64,000 nt of DNA from the human T2T-CHM13v2.0 reference genome, Homo sapiens: assembly GCF_009914755.1 (NCBI RefSeq), contig NC_060928.1. One strand, 5' to 3'. Numbering within the stretch: position 1 is the first letter of the stretch; each line of letters opens with the position of its first letter. A program made the translations under genes and the position numbers. The notes below the pieces were generated by a model. It was not told the origin of the DNA and did not search any database. It worked only from the letters and a program-made list of their open reading frames with translations. Shown here in pieces: positions 1 to 13,646 of the stretch.

Positions 1-1022
1 CATTTAGTTTAGTTATCTACTCAGAGTTTGAATCTCCTTCCTGTGACAGACAGACTATTTTTTTTTTTTAAGGGGGCTGTGAGCTGAGACCACTGGAGAG
101 CAAATTCAGCATTTGGCAATAGTTCACTCGCCAGCTGGTGGCAGTATTTTGCTTGAAGCTGTGAGGCCCAAAGACTGGGCACAGGAACTACTTAGACCTC
201 AGTGTGGAGTCAAACTCTGCCATTTACTGTGTGACTTACTTGTGTGCCCTTAGACACGTCACTCAAGTGAATCTCTGTTTCCTTGTACATAAAATGGGAA
301 TAATGATGCTCCTCTTGCAAACTTTTAAGAATGAAACACAGCATAAAGAAAAACACACCAAACAGCAGAGTGCCCAACTCATATCAGAAACAACAGCAAC
401 AAAAAACCAACAAATTTTTAAAAAAGCAAATGATGCTTAATTTTCTGAATTACTTAATTAGTATTTTAAAAATAGACTGCCAGCCAGTTGGACCCAAGAA
501 TATGGAAAATCTGAGAACCAGTGCAGATCTTTTTCACTGGAAACTATTATTTTCCCATGCACACACTGATTATTACAGGTTTGCCAATTTTTTTCCTGTA
601 AAATGTGATGGGTAGATATATGCAATATATAAAAATAATTTGATATAACTACCAAATATATGTTTAAACTTAAAATATCCATTAGTTCACAGTATACAAC
701 TTTTAATGGTTGTGTTAAGAACAAAAACTTTTACATTTTTTCAATTTGGGAATTTTACATTAAAATGATTTTTATCAGCTATTTTATCAGTTTTTTCTGA
801 TTTTCATTCAAATGAATAATCTCTTATCATGTAACATCTGTTATAACACCTCAAAAACAAGAGTGATTTTCCTGCTGTGAGGAGTGCTGTGCTGGATGGA
901 AAGCATAAATAACCCGGGACTAAGTGGTTCAGCTGACTTTTCCCCCCAGACAATTTAGGTTACCCAAATGAATGATCTTTTCATGGTTTTGTTTTTTCAT
1001 TCTATTCCAGTTTATTTTTACC

Positions 1023-1321
1023 TTTTTTTTTTTTTTTTTTTTGAGAGAGTGTCACTCTGTCACCCAGGCTGGAGTTCAGTGGTGTGGTCTTGGCTCACTG
1101 CAACCTCTGCCTCTTGGGTTCAAGTGATTCTTCTGCCTCAGCCTCCTGAGTAGCTGGGATTACAGCATGTGCCACCATACCCAGATAATTTCTGTATTTT
1201 TAGTAGAGACAGGGTTTCCCCACATTGGCCAGGCTGATCTCGAATTCCTGACATCAAGTGATCTGCCTGCCTCTGCCTCCCAAAGCTCTGGGATTACAGG
1301 CTTGAGCCACCATCTCCGGTC
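1023..1321 (-). mobile_element. Alu (AluS-like), full length
   Basis: Poly-T followed by Alu reverse-complement consensus; TSD tatttttacc at 1013-1022 and 1322-1331. Confidence 0.95.
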
Positions 1322-1694
1322 TATTTTTACCATTTAATCAAGGGTTTTCTCTAGCCATCCCTGGGTTCTGCACAAAACTCACATATTAGAAAGCGTTCCT
1401 CAGACAAGACTATGAAGACTAAGAATTATTCTCGAATGTGCTAGTTCAGGGCAGTGGGGATGAGCAACAGGATGGCAACAGTATTCTGAGAACTGGCTAT
1501 TGAGAAAATTCCTTTTTAATAGGGCAGCATGCCTGCTTTACAGCTTTCATTCTTTACTGAAGAGTCCCAGACTAAGAAATCAGCAGTGATTAACATCTAA
1601 TCCTGGCCACCGGGTGTTAGGGGAAAGTGGTTGTCCTTCAGAAACAAGGAGCCAATTAGAAATAAGTCATGAAGCATTTTCTTGGTCTTACTGA

Positions 1695-1955
<261 letters not shown>

Positions 1956-2956
1956 TAAGCCATTTAAATTTAGTTTAGTTGCAATAAACCAAGTCTAATT
2001 CATCTACTCAGGACTTCGAAGTCAGTACTGTTGCATTCCAGGTTTCTTTGGTTACAACCTGTATCTCCATATAAACTGGCAGGAGTAGGTAGTGGTGATG
2101 GGTTCTTCATCAAGCCCAGCAACATTGCTCTCATACCTGCATTAAGCCACAACCATCAACTGTTTCCCGCAATTATGGAAGGAGTTGCAGCTTAATGAGT
2201 GTAGATTTTGAGCAAGTTATTTTTGAATTGTTGAGGTTCGACTTAAATAGCAGCATATCAGATGTCAACTGAGGAGCATAGCTTGATCTCTAAGAATTTA
2301 TGTATTCATTCATTCAATCAATAATATTTACTTAGTTTTCCATTATGTGTCAAATGCTGCTAGGTGCTAGGGTACACTAGGGGCCTTGAGAGACAAGATT
2401 CCAGCCCTCGCACAATTTATAGTACAGGGGAGATTATGGACAATGAAATAAGTAATTATTAAAAACCTCTGAAACGTGAGAGAGGCTTAAGGAACTCTGA
2501 GATCACATAGCAACAGTATCTTTTTTGCTTAATGGAAGCTCTTAGGACAAAGCTCCCAGAGGAAATAATGTGTACCATGAGACCAGAAGGACAACTAAAA
2601 GCTAACCAGAAATGAAGGGGGACAGAGGGGAAGAGTGATTCAAGTAAAGGCAACAAAATATGCTAAGATCTGCTGGCAAGACAGAGAATAGAATAAACCA
2701 GATACTGAAAGAAGATTGTATGATTGGAGAGGACGCAGAGATGGCGGGACAAGTTGGAGAAATGTGCAAAGCTAGGTCATTATGTGCTTTGGAGTTTGTT
2801 TCTGAAGCTTTTTAGACAAGGGAGGCTGCCCTGCTGCAATGCTGTGCACAAGAAGCAAGAGAAGTGGAAGGAAGACCATAGAGCTTTGTGGCTTGTTTCC
2901 ATCAGCAAACCTGTGTGACTAACCCTCACCTGTCCTCTATTTCCTCTCCTGCATAA

Positions 2957-3353
<397 letters not shown>

Positions 3354-3807
3354 TAGTGGTAGATACCTAGGAGTGGATTTATTAAATCGCTAATGAACTA
3401 GCATAGGTATTGGGAGTCAGCCTGAACAAGCTAAGGAGATAAGAAGCTAGTTCCCAGGAAGAGCTAAAACCAAGTTCAAGTAGGGATGGTGGTGGGGTTG
3501 TTAGGGTTTCTGCAAGTAGTAAATAAAATATAAGAAAACTCAAGGAGCCAAAATATTGGTTTGCCGAGGCAAGGAAACAGAAAGAACAAGTTAAAAAAAT
3601 TGAAGCTTGGAAGAATCCTTTATTAAACAATTTTAAGCAATGTGGCAGCCGAACCTAATTTTTTTACCCAACCACACAGTATTAATGACTCATTGTGTTT
3701 GGTAACACTTCCTGCCATAAGTGTCCCAAGGAGCTGGGGTGTGGTGTGTTCTGAATCTGTCAATTCATTAATTATTTAACCAATCTAGTTATTGAACATT
3801 CATTATA

Positions 3808-4396
3808 CAATTAGTCCTCATTTAATGTCATCAGTAGGTTCTTGGAAACTGCAACTTTAAACAAAATGACATATAAAGAAACTAATTTTACCATAAGCTA
3901 ATTGATATAAACAAGAGTTAAGTTCCTACAGCATACTTCTGGTCATAAAACCACCACGAGCTTCTAAATAAAGACCCCAAACACTTCTAATATTAAACAC
4001 GGAAAAAATTGTGAGCTATATGTACATTTAGGAAAGATTAATTTTAAAAAGTAAGATTATTTACTTGCTTATTTCACTTCAGGGTCATAGGTGGCTGGAG
4101 GCTGTCCCAGCAGCTCAGGACATAATGTGGGAACCCACTGGCCAGGATGCCATTCCATGGCAGGGCACACTCATACACACACCCACACTGGCTCAGACCG
4201 GGACAATGTAGACACATCAATCAAATCAACATGCACATCTCTGGGATGTGGGAGGAAACCGGACTACCAAGAGAAAACCCACGTAGACACAGGGAGAACG
4301 TGCAAACTCTCCACAGATGTTGGCTGGCTCCAGCTGGAAATCATTTTTCTTTCTCATCAATGTTGGAACAAAATGACATAATTCAAGGACCTGCTG
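3808..4396 (-). mobile_element. MER6/MER6A-like Tigger (TcMar) DNA transposon relic
   Basis: Reverse complement begins cagcaggtccttgaattatgtc and contains gagtttgcacgttctccctgtgtctacgtgggttttctc...cctcccacatcc, as recalled for MER6; ~590 bp, TA-flanked on the left. Confidence 0.75.
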
Positions 4397-5039
4397 TGTA
4401 TTGTTTTCAGAGTGTTCAAAATACTCCAAAAATCACTTCTTAAAAGCATATGTTTTTCCCAGCCCTCACTTCTGCTAAATCCCAATTGAAATAAACTCTC
4501 CTCTGCATGATGATTGGTTCTAGACAGGGAATGTGCTTATCACTGGATGAGGCAATCTTGTTTCTTCAGCCTGGAGAGGGAGGTCTGAATACTTCCCTGG
4601 TAGGAACTACAACTTAATCAATTTCGTATTCCTTTCTGACCACATCTTACTCAGTAAAAGCCGAGCCCGTGGCATTTACTAGGTCCTAAATAAAAGTTTT
4701 TTGAATGAATGAATGGAAAGCCCTCCAGTACACCATGGAAATAATGCTGTTTTCCTGCCACCCTGTCTTCACTATTTCCTATTTATATGAACTTGCACAG
4801 GTTATTTAATGTTTCTAAACTCTATTTTTCTTATTTGTAGCATACGGTAAGTAGGTGGAAGATTAAAGCCGATGACTAGCACAGAGTCTGGTTTAAAGAC
4901 ATTAGCTATTAGTAAGGTTATGAGGAATTACATTCTTTTAGAGGTAGATGGGTTCGTTCCTTGAAATGTTTAAAGTTTAAATTAGAACCTTTGGCATATA
5001 GTTCTTGAGGATTTAAATGAAAACGTTAGGACATATGAA

Positions 5040-5680
5040 TTATTCATTCTTTCAACAAATATTTATTGAATCTCTTTTATAGACTAGGCTCTGGTGATAG
5101 GTCACCTTCCATCGGGAAAAGAAAGCAACGCAAGTAAAGAAACAACATCATTTTGTGATGATGCAATGAAGGAAATAAACAAGAAGATATGATAAATAGT
5201 ACCTGGAGCGCCTACTTCACAAGAAAGCCTGAGAGAGTCCAGTTGTACTCAAGGAGAGGGAGAAGTAGCCAGGAGACAGATCCGGTAGGACTGTGAAAGC
5301 CATGGTAAGAAGCTGGGAACGTATCCCAAGTACGTTGGAAAGCTGCTGGAAACTTTTAAGCAGGGAAGTTATACAATCTGATTTACATTTTGAAAATGGC
5401 TCGCTGTTTGAGTAACAAATTCTAAGTGGGCAGATGCAGAGACAGGAAGACCAGTTAGGAAGTGACTGAAATGGTCCATGTGAGAGAAGTTAGTTGGTGG
5501 CTTAGTTTAGGGTAGTGGCCAAGGCAGTGGTGAGGAGTGGGTGGGTTCCATGTATAACATGAAGATAGAATTGATAGAGATTGCTGATGTGGGATGTGGG
5601 AAAGGGAAAGGTCAAGATTGCAAATGAATTTCATTTAACAAATATTGAGGCTATTTCTGAGATAAGAAAGACTGGGAGGA
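5040..5680 (-). mobile_element. L2 relic (similar relics near 2305-2750, 8730-9150, 43760-44680, 56860-57440, 60600-60965)
   Basis: L2 3'-end signature attcattc..caacaaatatttattga and ttttaagcagggaag...gacaggaagaccagttagga; boundaries approximate. Confidence 0.55.
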
Positions 5681-6232
5681 AAACAGGGTGGGTTTTTTTT
5701 TTTTTTTTTTTTGGCAGGGGGAGGAGAGAGGGTCACAAGTTTGGAAATCATATCATCCAAGAAGATATGATTATAGATTATAATAAAAGATTAGTGTACT
5801 GCTGTGAACATCTGTGTCATTTTCAGAGCTACCACCGTGGATTCCTGAGCAACTTAATGCATGCTGTAAATAAAGAGGCTGACCCACATCTTGTGGCTAA
5901 AGAACAAATCAAACATCCTTTGTGACATTTGTCTGAAAAGAGGGTACCATGTGATTTTCATTTTGTCAACTTCACTCCCAAAGGGTATTTAAGAGAAAAT
6001 GCACGTTTAGCATTTTCTGAACATTATATTAGTGGAGGGACTCACATAACATTTTGTAAGTAGACCATTCTAAGTAACATCTTTTTAATTCAGTTTTTTG
6101 GTATCTTGTTTTTAAATAGCAGAGTATACCATTAAAGTTAAATCTGATGAACACCACCAACACATTTTAGAGCTAATAAAGGCATATCACACTTTATATG
6201 TCTTTGGTAAGGATACAAGAATATTAATTTCT

Positions 6233-6585
<353 letters not shown>

Positions 6586-9286
6586 TTAATTTGTTCTTGG
6601 CTCCTTTAGGTTTATAGCATGTTGTTCTAAAATAGAATTGGCTCAGCTCCAAAAACTTAAATAGAAGGTAATTCTAAAGTATATTTTTAAGCCAATAATA
6701 ATGTATATTTTGACCCAGCATTTGCTTGCTTTGAAATGTATTCTTTACAAATTTAAGTGGCTTATCAGTCAATGTAGATAATAAAATGAGGTCATTGTGA
6801 GGATCAAGTCAGAAAACGCAGATGAAACACTTTGTAAACACTGAAGTACTTTGTAACATAATTTTTAAATTATTATTATACTATTGTGTATCTTTAGTAA
6901 GATGCAGAGATGTCTCAGTTTGATTTAGGACTAATCATAAGAAAGGTAAATTTCCCACACTTACTACATTGAAATAGGTGAAGTGCATAAAGTTCCTAAG
7001 ACCCCTGACTAGATAGATATTAGTGATTTCATTTTTCAACAACCTTACTTTTGCTTTCTGTATCCATTTTACTTTTTTACTTCTTCCTCCTTTTCTTCTC
7101 CCATTGCCTCTCCCTCTCCCTGTCCCTCTCCTTCACTCCCTGTGTCTCCCTCTTCCCTGCCCTCTCCTGTTCTCCCAGCCCTCATTCTTTCCATATAGAT
7201 TCTCAGCTAAACTCTATTATTCATTTGACCACAGGTTTCCCTCTGAAAGAGGTAATCTATTAAGTCACTCATGACAGAGCAGATCTAGCCTCAAGACATA
7301 GGCTGAGCCACCAATAGAACTTGGCTGAGCAGCTACCCCTCCATACCTCTTGGGCCCTCATCTACCTAGTATGTTGGATTCTGCCCCCTCCCAGGTTATG
7401 GATTCAGGATGCATGTTGCTGTAGTAAACCATGCAACCAAGTGGAGAGCAAACCATGCTGCCTTTTTCCTTGATTTGGAATAAGACTCCAGATATGAGTT
7501 ACTTTTCAACAAAAGGGGCAATACAAATATTGTGGTTGGGGTGTAGGAGAATCCTGATTTAACTTCAAGGACTTTGATGAATCTACACTGAGGTGCACAA
7601 TAGCAATAATCATGTAAAACTAAGCCATTGTTATTGGTGAATATTCTTTGATCATACACTTAATAAATGTGCTGTTTCACTTACTTCTAAATGATTTTGT
7701 GGCAAATGATGTTGATGTGACTGACCACTCGCTCACCCACAGGCATCTGCTTTAAGCTGTCATTTCTTCAGTGAGGTGAATTTGTTGTATCCACAGAATT
7801 TTGAAATTAAGGATGCAGTTCTGGGAACGAGTAAGAGGTTTGTTTTTCTCTCTGTGTACATAAATCATTGATTAACCTCAATGATCTCGTTAGCACCATG
7901 GTCAGTCCATCCAGAATCAAAGAAGCTACCAAAATGTTGGTCAAGGGAAGAGACAATATAATACATATGCATAACTACTACATGTGTTTACATACACTTA
8001 TTATGTTGTAGGCTAGCAGCGGAGTGAACGGCTTTTATTAAATAAGATACCATTTCACCCTGACATCATATGTTATATAAAACAAAAAGGCTTCCTATTT
8101 TGGACTCTTCAGATTAAAAAAGGTATTAAGAAATGTTATGAATTGAAAAGTAACATAAGAGATAAGGCATGGTTATGGTTGATAATGAAATATTCTGGTA
8201 CTTTTTTGTACACCTGGATGGTGTTTAATATTCCTGAGCAAGTTTATCTACATTATAAAGTTGTTGTGCATTGTGTTGGTCAGCTTCCAGCAGCTGAAGG
8301 GAAAACCAGTCATTCTTTGAGGTGTTTACTGATGGAAGTTGGCTACTTGATTTTCATTTCAGTAATTTGGTTTCCAAAGGTAAGAACATAGTAGAAATTC
8401 TACTTTTCTCTTCTGAATATTACATTTGTAGTGTGGTAGACTTAAAATTATATTATGAACAAAGTAATAATGTAGACAGAAATAGGAATTACACTGAATA
8501 ATTACACAGGTAGAATGAGAAAATTGGTAAATGATGTATATTACATGCAAGCAACTTGGTAAATGTGGTTGATGAGTGAAAAGGAAACTGTAGTTATTGC
8601 AACACACTTAGGAAGGGATCCTGTAGGATAGTGTGGGAGTGTAAGAGCTTGCTGAGTAAGGAGACCATTCACAACAGTGGGAGAAGTCTGAGTGCTGTAG
8701 CTAGAGGAAAGTTGGTAGTGAATTTTCTAATTCAGTCATTCATTTGCAAACATATACTGAGCACCTATGACTGTGATTCTCACTGTGCTGGGCTTTGGGC
8801 GTAAACACTAGTTAAGAAAGGCTGGTTTCTGTCTAAGCAGAAGACACAGGACTCTGAATCCTGGGAGCTATAAACATGGGAGGAGAGAGGTGATAAGTGA
8901 AACTATGAGGGTGGATGAGGTCACCCTCCGTATGTGAAGAGGGAGCAATACAATGGGCCAAGTGTGGAGCCCTGAGGAAATCCAGGAGGGTCATAAAGTT
9001 CCTGCTAGCAAATTATGCAGACACCAAAGTCAAGGGAAGAGAAGGTTTCAAGGAAGGAAGAAGCATTTAATACTGCATTTAGTATTAAATGCAGCAGAGT
9101 GCTCCAGTAAAATTAGAATTTAAAAGCATTCAATAGGTGGCCCTTTAGGAAATCACTTGGTAACACGGCATAGTGGATCAAAGCACTCAGGCTTGTGGGG
9201 TCAGACTGCCCAGGTTCAAAACAGGCATCTGTTGTTTCCTACCTCTGTGACTATAGCAGTTATTTATGTTGTCATAAGGAACGATC

Positions 9287-10286
9287 TGGGTTCCAGTGAA
9301 ACGGATTCTGAGATGGAGTTTACCATGCAGGATGTTTACTAGGGAGTGCTCATGAGATCAGCACCAGTGGAAAGGAAGGGAAGGAAGCAGGATTGGGCAG
9401 AGGGAGAAGTTGAGCTGCAAGGCAGTCTCAAGAAAGGCCTCAGTTGAACCCATTGGGTGCTCTGAAGCTGGGTTGACCCTTGAGAGTTGCTCTGATGATG
9501 GGTGAGGACATTCGGCCTTTATACTGCTGCATGTAATGTACATATACTGTAAAATGAACAATTGCTGGATGTGTGCTAACTGGGAAGGCAGTGTAGTGTG
9601 GTCTTGGACTCTCCGCAGCTAAGGCCATCCTCCAAAGAGGTGGACAGCTGAGGCCCTCTGATGACAGCACATCCATTTGCTGAAGTAACAGCTCTTAATT
9701 CCTGAAGGAAGACCTGGACAATCACTTTCTAATGTGCACATGTGGATTTAGTAAGATACTATACATAGAGTGCTTAGTGTAATACCTCACACACAGTAAA
9801 TAATCAATGAATATAAAGTTTTATTAAATGGCTGGAACCCACAGAGTAGACGTTGAATAAAGAGTGAATGAGACTTGAGAAAGCTGAGATGTTTGGCTCC
9901 CGAGGAAAGTGGACTCAAGTGAGGATTTCACTTTTTTATAAAGGATAGGAGAGATTCATGTAATGAGAAAGTTCAAGGAGAGAAAGAGGACCTGAAAGTA
10001 TAGGAGAGAGGAAGACTTCCTGGTGGAGAAGAAGATCATAGAAACAGAGTCTTGGGGATAGAGCTGGCCTGGGGGTGAAGAAAGCCAGCTTAGGAGGTAA
10101 GGATGGTGTAGATACAAGTGTGGGTTCGACTGAGGCCTTTCCTGAGACTGCATGGCAGCTGAACTTCTCCCTCTGCACAATCCTGCTTCCTTCCCTTCCT
10201 TTCCACTGGGCTTGACCTCATGGGCACTCCCTAGTAAACCTCCCGCATGGAAACCTCCATTTCTGAATCTGTTTCCCTGGAGCCCA
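9287..10286. repeat. 166-bp inverted pair of ERVL-type LTR fragments (9287-9452 / 10121-10286)
   Basis: Arms align without gaps at about 88% identity. The text resembles the 3' end of LTR16/LTR33-type LTRs; the family is tentative. Confidence 0.85.
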
Positions 10287-10820
10287 CCTGGTTCTTCATG
10301 AAGATGTAAATAATTGCTGTAGTCACAGAAGTAGCAAGCAACAGATGCAAGTTTTGAAGGTGGACAGCTTGATCTCCAAGCCTGAGTGCTCTGATACACT
10401 ATGCCGTGTTACCCAGTGATTTCCTTTGGAGGGGGCGTGGTGGTTGCAGAAATTTGAAATAATAGCTTGAGAGATAAAATGAGGTTATGAAAGAAGCAGG
10501 AGTAAATATAAAAAGTAAGATTGCCTAGGGCTCTCTAATCAAATTCTTTGAGGAAGAAGATCATGGCTTTGTTCTGATCCACTGAAAGATGACATGACAG
10601 AATCCTAGATAGTGCAGTCAAGGTGAATAGTGGAGAATGTGATTTTGGCAGCAAGATTAGAAATGAGATTAACCAGTGAGGGAGAGGAGTAATCTCAAGA
10701 GGAAGATGTTACCATGGTCCAGGCAAGAAATAACCAGAGGCTGCACCAAGATATTACCTGTGAAGATAAAGCAAAAGCAATAATTATTAAAGATGGGACT
10801 ATAACAAGAGCAAGATTTGT

Positions 10821-11120
10821 CAGGTGTTCAATACAGTTGTCACTAGCCGATTGTTGCTACTAAGCACTTGAAATATGGCTAGTCTCTCTGTGATGTGCTA
10901 TGATGTAAATTACACAATGGATTTTCAAGACAGTATATCATTAATATATTTTATATTCATTACAAGTAGAAATGATAATAATTGGAATATGTTGAATGAA
11001 CATTTATTATCAAAATTAATTTTATCTGTTCCTTTTTACTTTTTTTAACATGGCTACTATTTAACATAAAATTTAAAATTACATATGTGGTTCATATTGT
11101 ATTTTTGTTGGGCAGTGCTG
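10821..11120. mobile_element. MER33/MER3-like hAT-Charlie relic
   Basis: cactagccg...gctactaagcacttgaaatatggctagt at the left; aaattacatatgtgg...ttgggcagtgctg at the right. Confidence 0.6.
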
Positions 11121-11197
11121 CTGGGAGGTTGCTGATACTGGGGTGGTGACTGGAATACAGAGAAATTGGCACAGGTTAGAGTTGTAGAAAAACAATG

Positions 11198-11340
11198 CCG
11201 GGTGCGGTGGCACATGCCTGCGGTCACAGCAGTAGCTGATGCAAGAGGATTGCATGAGACCAGCAGTTCAAGGCTAGCAATTTAAGGCCAGCCTGTGCAA
11301 AATAGAGGCACCCCCTCGCTCAACAGTAAAAATAAAAAAT
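11198..11340 (+). mobile_element. Degenerate Alu monomer (FLAM-like)
   Basis: gccgggtgcggtggcacatgcctg...gttcaaggc...cagcctg followed by an A-rich tail. Confidence 0.7.
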
Positions 11341-13299
11341 AATTCTAAAAAGCAGCAATAAGCCCTTTGGACCACATTTGAATTGGTAATTAAATATTCA
11401 GGTGGTCACAACTTGTAGATGGAGTACTGTTCCACCGATTCAAGTGGCATGTTCAGAATGTCACTTACATTACCTGTTTGGTCTGGTACATATCTACCTT
11501 CTTGACTGATGTAACTGGAACATATAGTGGGTTGATTAATGGAAAAAAAATCAGTTAAAGAAGATAATTGTTTTAAAAAAATGAAGCATACAAGAACAAT
11601 TTTGATAATTTATTTTAACTTAAAACATAAGCAATACTGATTCATCTGTTGATTGTTGGATATAGGATCAAGGCCTTTTCTATGCATATGGGACCATTGA
11701 CTTGAAGTTTCTTTCATTTTTCTTGAAAATATCACATTCATAATTCATTTTCTGTCATTTCTAGTTTTAGTTTCTTAAAAGTGGAGTGATAAGTTTTTGA
11801 ACAAATCTAAGGGCAGAATGTTTAGAGATTTTTGTTTTCTTTAGTCTACTACAGTTTTCTCATCCATAGCTGATTCCATTTTCAAACTTGAAGTGTTTCC
11901 AAAGCATTCAACCTTCTTCTACTCTCATATTTACCAATTTACCTAATTTTTAATTAATTATACAAGCTCGAGTAAAAGTGGCATAAATATTTGGTGACAT
12001 ACCTGCCTGACTCTCCTTATGCACAGAATCCAGCGGTGACAGAATCATGATCTCCGCTGGAGCACTGGCCAGAAATGGTCAGGGGACCTAGACAACCACC
12101 AATATGCTTCAGAATGTGGGTGAGGAGCTGCTTCAGTGTAGGCTGGCTAAGAGAATTTCTTTGGCGCTTAACAGGGAGGGGCAGGCATTTGTGTTTGGAG
12201 TTCAGAAAGTAGAAGAAAAAATTCTGGAACAGCAAGGCCTGGACAGGAAACTGCAGTGGCTGGTAAGAGGCTGTGTAATTGGAGAGTCTGCCCCAGCAAG
12301 GGGTGAAGGGGCACAGCAGGTTTCCATTTAGTGAGCACTTCTCCTGTGTTAGGTGCTGTGCCTACCCATTGACAGGCATTATTTTATGAATAAACATTCA
12401 ATGGAGTGCTCACAGTGTAGCCTCCTGTTCAGATGAAGTCATTGAGTAATCTTCCAAAACAAGTAGGCCTGATATTAAAAAACTCTGGCCAAAAATAAAA
12501 ACAAAAATAAAAAATGCTGTTCCATCAAACTTCTCTTGAACCATTGTTCCTGCAATCTTGTGTGCATGAGAATCACCACCGGAAGTGTGTATGTTTGGGG
12601 CAACCCAACCACTTACTCCAATGCAGATTTCCAAGTCCCCATTCCCTGCAAAATGGATCAAATTGATCTGGAATATGATCATGCTCTCCAGGTGATCCTA
12701 ATGCAGACAGTTCATGAAAACTGAGTGATGACACAATACTACCTTTACAGAGGAGGGCCAGCCAGAGAGGGAGGGAGTGCTGATGAGTGAGTAATGAAGA
12801 CTAGAGATGGATATGCAGTGGTCTGCTGAAGCCAGCTCATACCACTTGCAAGAGCCAAATGTTAAAATTAAAGGAATTTTGTGCATCATTTGTTGAACAG
12901 AGCCATTATTTAAAAAATAATATAAATGATATAAACTTGCAATTGAATTGATTATGTTAAAAACAAATGTAATAAACACACGTACTTATCACTTCTATGT
13001 TGCCGTATTTATCTTCTATATTCTTTTTTCCTCCAAGGGTAGAGACTCAATAAAATTAATAACTTGTAATATTTTATCAAGAAAAATTTTAAGTGAAACT
13101 CTCTTTTATCTTTTTAAAAATTTTTTTTTTTAGGGTGACAGAGCCATGGAGAAAACAGTAACTACTGATGCAAGTTAATGCCCTGCTTTGATTTGTGCTA
13201 CAGGACAAGCAGCTTTACAGTCAAAGAGGCTAGTGACAACCTAGTATTATCATTAAAATCATTTAAATCAATTAACTAATGTATAAGCACTTAACATGA

Positions 13300-13646
<347 letters not shown>

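Noticed and set aside
9063-9092. 12-bp hairpin gcatttaatact/agtattaaatgc
   Set aside because: Short, AT-rich and within an L2 relic; no evidence of function.
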